This document shows, one piece after another, positions 60,101-64,000 of a stretch of 64,000 bases of DNA. The notes under the pieces are model-generated. The model was not told the origin of the DNA, searched no databases, and saw only the letters and a program-made list of their open reading frames with translations. The number at the start of each line of letters is the position of its first letter. Within the stretch, counting starts at the first letter, position 1. The DNA is from Cyanobacteria bacterium P01_D01_bin.156 (GTDB lineage Bacteria > Cyanobacteriota > Cyanobacteriia > Phormidesmidales > Phormidesmidaceae): NCBI GenBank assembly GCA_039024555.1, contig JBCCQQ010000026.1:12239-76238 (forward strand). The letters are read 5' to 3'. Both the position numbers and the translations under genes were made by a program.

Positions 60101-60193
60101 ACCGGTACCGGGTTAGATCAGGCCGCTGTTGCCAACCTCAGAAGTCTGGGTGAGCGGCTACTGGGGCAAGACCAGCTCTTTAGGAGGTTCTAA
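57188..60193 (+). CDS. CIS fibre/baseplate-associated protein with C-terminal helix-hairpin-helix repeats
   Basis: PNFFNGRILTASDLRDEQ...GVAYGL N-terminus; repeated G(I/V)...L...G...(E)LA.A.P motifs. Confidence 0.7.
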   Translation: MNSQFLDAVFTDGIQHPNFFNGRILTASDLRDEQAANLQRSRYLGQAVGSGVAYGLQVTGGQTALSITAGLAINRRGDGLCLPAVTTVELVLTEPLGNPQSPFVPCDVAGATTLTGQISTGYYLLAITSATRLSITMAPNSGLDGDSPGCTNRYEEMGVQFKLISLINDDFVSPIPTTALDRSRLAHECFGTNQLRVIAAEPQQQPTTYGLVDRLYENSRLTDCDVPLAVFHFQASVLQFVDMWPVRRLAIASTHWDAYLQDPFSGYITPRREAEAAAFLLQFQAHLEDLRTTGSPTTLVAEDYFEYLPAAGYLPIRSTSTNSRRFRVDDFFNTQNLPTEPLLPEQLRALFQESFYRAPIRPGLDDVDIYQVVGAPDLDPYRIFVRRTPILLSEPEDEPGDEPPAASGDLYVVVLSRTGEEIDADYIQFVRATNIQTGRIYVATKRAKQPPFGSFSQRTYAAYVKGAQEATRLKYAAVNTAVTENRRTFQIESRNPGPYIFNDLPAGTYTVNVEPTLSNLYGPGKVVTVRAKVTTTTDIIVGVYGSSFPINVDIADDYLNPEGVIVEGYRVNVLWPTYYVEWEKDLFAPNVGDPPGEDWVLRDDPLVALQLEEVMERQGINDPRVATADAVIYIRRDYNPTQTSETVTAFVQTRDGSRFPAVPLAADNALDKPATVDRTEISDFDRATVDQLQNVGLAGVDAIASAPTKLIAGVLGQSVEYSTSLINDAQTTLQEDFRNGYLGYPGITKAQSDDLKASFGDRVELANATPEDLSAILGDRASSGFVNRFLADVSNSVPTSAIDLASVGISEADQANLAEIGVTTNKTFRDLGATAAGREQLQETLNVSEATVNRYLETAAVNYAQGQLITAPEKSIGTLVGVPADVKATLANAGIGSAKELANADPDEIVTVTGISREETTGIIESAIPFGSRANITLVQGALKSDVDVETIESAGLTSARAISRADTERVTGTGLDQAAVANLRSLGERLLGQDQLFRRF

Positions 60194-61710
60194 TGAGCAC
60201 AGCTGTTTCCCAAGCCATCACCTTTCACCGCGTCGCCCTGTCAGTGCCGGACAGGGGGGACTTTCAGAAGCGGCAGCAGTGGATTCGGCAGGTAAAAAAC
60301 ACCCTAGAAAAAGTCTCCCTACAGACAGCGATGCCGCCCCAGGCTATTTTGGTGATTCGGCATTTAGAGGACCCTAAACCTGGGAAACTGTTGGTGGCCA
60401 ATCAGTGGCAGGGCATACGCGCTTGGGAACAGGCGGCCCAGCAAGCCCTTAATGATTGCTGGCGGACAGCGGTTCGACCGGCCCGATCGTCCGTACCCGC
60501 TAGCGCCAATAGTGTGTGGTTTGTCGATCGGGCCGAGTGGCTAGCCTGTCTATCGTGGAATGTGCAGCGGGGCCACGACCATTGGTGGTGGAAAACAGTG
60601 TTGCAAAAGCAGGCCCACCACAGTCGAGAAGAAACCTTGTTTCAGCTGTGGCAAGACCACGCCCAATGGCTACCTGCCACAGTGAGCTTATTGCTTCAAC
60701 AGCCGCCCGCCCAGGTAGTTCCCTTACTAGCAGCATTACAATCTCACCAGGCTGAACAGCTGTTGGAGCAGATCCTCCATATCTATCAATGTTCATTGCC
60801 GTCGCATCAACCCAAATATTCTCCTAGGATTCTCCTCCGGACTTATTTAGCAGACTCTGTTCAAGCTATTCTGCCTAGATTAGAGCCCGCTACCCAGTCT
60901 CTAGTGGCCGTTTGTTTAACCCTACCCAACACAGTTCAGCTAATTGAGCGGGAAATCAGTCAGGAGACTGCTGCTTCCACGGAAATAACTCCTCCTCCAT
61001 CCGCTCCTGAAACAACCGTCGTTTCTGAAACAGCAGCAGCTCGTCCAGGTAATGTTCAGCCTATTACGCGCCTCCAATCAAATCCCCAAAAACTACCGTC
61101 CAGAGTTCCTAGAATTGTTGCAATCGAAAGCACTCCGTTAACTTCCAAAGAGTTAAGCAGTAACGATAAACCTTTAGAAGATAGTCACCAGCCAGACGAG
61201 CAAATGGTGGCATCCCAAATAATCGACCCAGAAGTCCAAGAGCCAACGGAACATCAAGAATTTCCGTTAGAGCCCACGGAACAGGGAATTTCCACCGCTG
61301 TAGGTGGCTTGTGGTACCTGATCAACATTCTTAGCCCTTTGGCCTGGCCGGGGCAAATTACCCCATGGCATCAGCTTTCTACCCTGGCCCAGGCGCTGTT
61401 GCCTGAGCCCTTCCCAGATCCGGTTTGGGGCTATTTGGCAGAGATTGCCGGAGACCCTATCTCCCAAGAAATCCTGCAGCAGTGGTGCGACCAGATTCTT
61501 CCCCAGGTGCAGGACTATTTAGCCGGTCGATTAGAACATCCCATTGCCAACTATCTGTTGGAACCGGCCACCCTATATCTCACCCGTACCCATGTAGATG
61601 TGATATTTACATTGGATCAGATTCGCTTGGATGTGCGTATGGCGGGTCTGGATCAAGATCCTGGTTGGGTGCCAGCCTTGGCCCGTGTAGTTGCATTTCA
61701 TTATGAGTAG
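60193..61710 (+). CDS. CIS protein, possible tape-measure (Afp14-position) analogue
   Basis: Directly upstream of the ATPase; low-complexity middle; C-terminus RMAGLDQDPGWVPALARVVAFHY. Confidence 0.55.
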   Translation: MSTAVSQAITFHRVALSVPDRGDFQKRQQWIRQVKNTLEKVSLQTAMPPQAILVIRHLEDPKPGKLLVANQWQGIRAWEQAAQQALNDCWRTAVRPARSSVPASANSVWFVDRAEWLACLSWNVQRGHDHWWWKTVLQKQAHHSREETLFQLWQDHAQWLPATVSLLLQQPPAQVVPLLAALQSHQAEQLLEQILHIYQCSLPSHQPKYSPRILLRTYLADSVQAILPRLEPATQSLVAVCLTLPNTVQLIEREISQETAASTEITPPPSAPETTVVSETAAARPGNVQPITRLQSNPQKLPSRVPRIVAIESTPLTSKELSSNDKPLEDSHQPDEQMVASQIIDPEVQEPTEHQEFPLEPTEQGISTAVGGLWYLINILSPLAWPGQITPWHQLSTLAQALLPEPFPDPVWGYLAEIAGDPISQEILQQWCDQILPQVQDYLAGRLEHPIANYLLEPATLYLTRTHVDVIFTLDQIRLDVRMAGLDQDPGWVPALARVVAFHYE

Positions 61711-61728
61711 CTGGGAGGAGCCACTGTT

Positions 61729-63756
61729 ATGACTATTTTTGTCACACCCCAGGCCCACATGAACGGCTGGCTCCAGTGGGGGATTTTGCACGTTGCCGCC
61801 TGTCTGAGTACCATCGGTGGGGACAATGTCCTTGACAATTACAGCTTTTTTGACGGGTACCTTGCCCCCCTCAGGCAACAATTTCCTGAACTATCGTCCC
61901 TGGTGGAACTGGATCGGGTCCTGCAAACCCAGTTAAATCACAAAGCAGTTTCCCAGCAAGACCTTCCCTTGGCCCGATTGCAGCAGGCGGGTCTGACCAC
62001 CGCCCATGTGCAGACATTAATATTTGCCGGACTGGTGGAGGTAGACGCTCGCTTTGGCACCGTTTATGGCGTGCTCCATCCGTTTCCGGAAGAACAACGA
62101 TTAACCATTGGTCTATTAGAAGACTTTATTCGGTTTAACGCCGCTGCTGAAACACCTCCCGCTTGGCGACTAGTCCAAGAGTTAGAGCAATGGGGACTCG
62201 TCACCCGCCACCACGGCGATCGCCCCCGTGCAGCCCATGTTTTAACCGTGCCCAACATTGTGTGGGATGCCCTGTGCGGTGTGGTGATGTCCCAGGTGGC
62301 CAATTGTCTCAATTACCAGCCCCCTGACTCCTTAGAAAGTTTTGATGCCCTTTTGGGGGTGTTGCCCCATGATCTACTAGAGCGATTACAACGGGTACCC
62401 GATTTGGTATCTAGAGGTTTGGCGCGGGGAATTGTACTGCGCGGCATGCGCGGTACGGGGCGACTTAGGGCCATGGCGGCTGTGGCCAAGTCCTTAAATT
62501 GTGGCATCTTGCATCTAAAGCGACCTGATGGCAAAGCCCTACCGGATCTCTGTCGGATGTCGGGTGCCTTGGCAAAGCTTCAGCAGGCCGTGCCCATCAT
62601 CGATCTGGAACTTTCTCCAGGGGAGAACTTGGAGTTGCCCAAGTTAGCCGGCTATGAGGGGCTGCTCGGCATATTGCTCAATCGTGAGGGCAGCCTTAGG
62701 GGAGAACAAGTAGAAGGATGTATTACTTTTTGGGTGCCCGCACCGGATCAGGCCGCTCGACAACACCAGTGGAGCCAGGTATTGTCCCCTCAGGTGAATG
62801 GCACCCAAAAGGTAATCGACCAGGCCAGCCAGCAATACCATTTAACCCTGGGTACAGTTAAGCAGGTGGGTAAAACAGCCCATGCCTACGCCGCCCTCAA
62901 CAACCACGACCATGTGGAATTAACCGATGTGCAGGAAGCCTGCCGTTCCCTCAATCAGCAGACCCTGGAAAATCTGGCGGTGCGCATGTCCACGGAAGGC
63001 TCCTGGGATACTCTGATTGTTTCTGACAAAATTCGCCAAGAGTTGGATACCCTGATTCGGCGCTGTCGACATCGAGAGACCTTGCTAACCCATTTGGGCA
63101 GAGGTTTTACCGGCACCAGTCGCGGGGTACGGGCCTTGTTTGGGGGCAGTAGCGGCACCGGCAAAACCCTAGCAGCCCGAATTGTTGCCGCTGAGCTAGG
63201 GTTAGATCTGTACCGGGTGGATCTGTCGGCGGTGGTCAGTAAGTACATTGGTGAAACCGAGCGTAACTTAAGCCGTTTGTTTGCCCGAGCAGAAGAACAG
63301 GACATTATTCTGTTGTTAGATGAAGGGGATTCTCTCCTCACAGGCCGGACCGATGTGCGTAGCTCCAACGATCGCTATGCCAACATGGAGACTAACTATC
63401 TGCTCCAACGGCTCGAACATTACGAAGGCATTATCTTAATTACGTCAAATGCTGTTAATCGCATCGATACGGCATTTCAACGGCGGATTGATGTGGTGAT
63501 TGAGTTTAGCCCCCCCGATGTAGGACAGCGACAGCAGCTATGGCAGCTGCATTTACCCGAACATCATGAGATTAGCGATCGCATGTTGCGCCAAACCGCT
63601 CTAAGGTGTCAGCTAACGGGCGGCCAAATTCGCAATGCGGCACTCTACAGCACCCTGCTAGCGGTAGACGCGAATGTATCCATTTGCGATCGCTTTTTGA
63701 CAGAGGGCATCCAACGGGAGTACACAAAGATGGGGGCAGTATCACCGTTGAAATAA
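61729..63756 (+). CDS. AAA+ ATPase (Afp15/Pvc15-like)
   Basis: GSSGTGKT, VVSKYIGETERNL, LLLDEGD, DRYANMETNYLLQRLE. Confidence 0.93.
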   Translation: MTIFVTPQAHMNGWLQWGILHVAACLSTIGGDNVLDNYSFFDGYLAPLRQQFPELSSLVELDRVLQTQLNHKAVSQQDLPLARLQQAGLTTAHVQTLIFAGLVEVDARFGTVYGVLHPFPEEQRLTIGLLEDFIRFNAAAETPPAWRLVQELEQWGLVTRHHGDRPRAAHVLTVPNIVWDALCGVVMSQVANCLNYQPPDSLESFDALLGVLPHDLLERLQRVPDLVSRGLARGIVLRGMRGTGRLRAMAAVAKSLNCGILHLKRPDGKALPDLCRMSGALAKLQQAVPIIDLELSPGENLELPKLAGYEGLLGILLNREGSLRGEQVEGCITFWVPAPDQAARQHQWSQVLSPQVNGTQKVIDQASQQYHLTLGTVKQVGKTAHAYAALNNHDHVELTDVQEACRSLNQQTLENLAVRMSTEGSWDTLIVSDKIRQELDTLIRRCRHRETLLTHLGRGFTGTSRGVRALFGGSSGTGKTLAARIVAAELGLDLYRVDLSAVVSKYIGETERNLSRLFARAEEQDIILLLDEGDSLLTGRTDVRSSNDRYANMETNYLLQRLEHYEGIILITSNAVNRIDTAFQRRIDVVIEFSPPDVGQRQQLWQLHLPEHHEISDRMLRQTALRCQLTGGQIRNAALYSTLLAVDANVSICDRFLTEGIQREYTKMGAVSPLK

Positions 63757-63773
63757 TGAGGTCCAGGTAGCCC

Positions 63774-64000
63774 CAGGGCAAACGCATACTCCACGAAGCA
63801 TGGATACTGAATAAGTCGCGCTTTATTCGGTCTTGGCCATGAGTCAGTCAATGAACCCATCGGGTTCCCTGCTAACGCATTTTGAAACCCTCGAAGATCC
63901 TCGAACCGCTTACCTAGTGGAGCATCCAGTGTTGGATATTGTCGCGTTGACGATCTGCGCGGTGATCTGTGGAGCTGAGACCTGGGAAGAAATTGAAGCC
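63774..64000 (+). mobile_element. ISAs1-family IS, left end and transposase 5' part (from 63839/63851; truncated by window end)
   Basis: Terminal CAGGGCAAACGCAT; LLTHFETLEDPR...HPVLDIVALTICAVICGAETWEEIE. Confidence 0.88.

Larger units (their letters stand above)
1314..63700. repeat. Dispersed HIP1 octamer GCGATCGC
   Basis: Many copies across the window, e.g. 1314, 2002, 27706; cyanobacterial hallmark. Confidence 0.9.
37592..63756 (+). other. Extracellular-type contractile injection system (eCIS) gene cluster
   Basis: Co-oriented cap, 2 sheaths, 2 tubes, LysM initiator, hub, spike, gp25, baseplate, fibres and ATPase; no capsid, terminase or TssJLM genes. Confidence 0.93.

Noticed and set aside
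37592..63756. Prophage or T6SS
   Set aside because: No capsid, portal, terminase, integrase, TssJ/L/M or ClpV; DUF4255 plus an Afp15-like ATPase indicate eCIS.

Overview
Cyanobacterial chromosomal window (frequent HIP1 GCGATCGC octamers; gene content typical of filamentous cyanobacteria). 1-28 kb is mostly housekeeping (gdhA 3' end, lepB, DnaJ, mlaD/mlaF, yvcK, iscA, RRM protein, ppa). Accessory inserts there are a LysR/SDR/DsbA/FAD-monooxygenase module, a 1568-aa jacalin-lectin/coiled-coil/SH3b toxin-like protein, an orphan DNA methyltransferase and an orphan cas6 with no visible array. 29-35 kb is a conflict-type island: a DUF433/DUF5615 TA pair whose antitoxin has an early stop, and two caspase-FGE-sulfatase (CLec) paralogues flanking a Pepco gene. 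The paralogues' 3' ends look like diversity-generating retroelement (DGR) variable repeats, and what appears to be the 3' end of a DGR template repeat plus a structured spacer lies between them; no RT or avd is present in the window. 37.6-63.8 kb is a near-complete Afp/PVC-type contractile injection system (eCIS) with several unusual subunits, followed by the left end of an ISAs1 element. A palindromic motif RTCTYA-N3-TRAGAY clusters upstream of a small HTH gene, the caspase-CLec island and the eCIS operon. All calls come from reading motifs by eye; no database searches were run.
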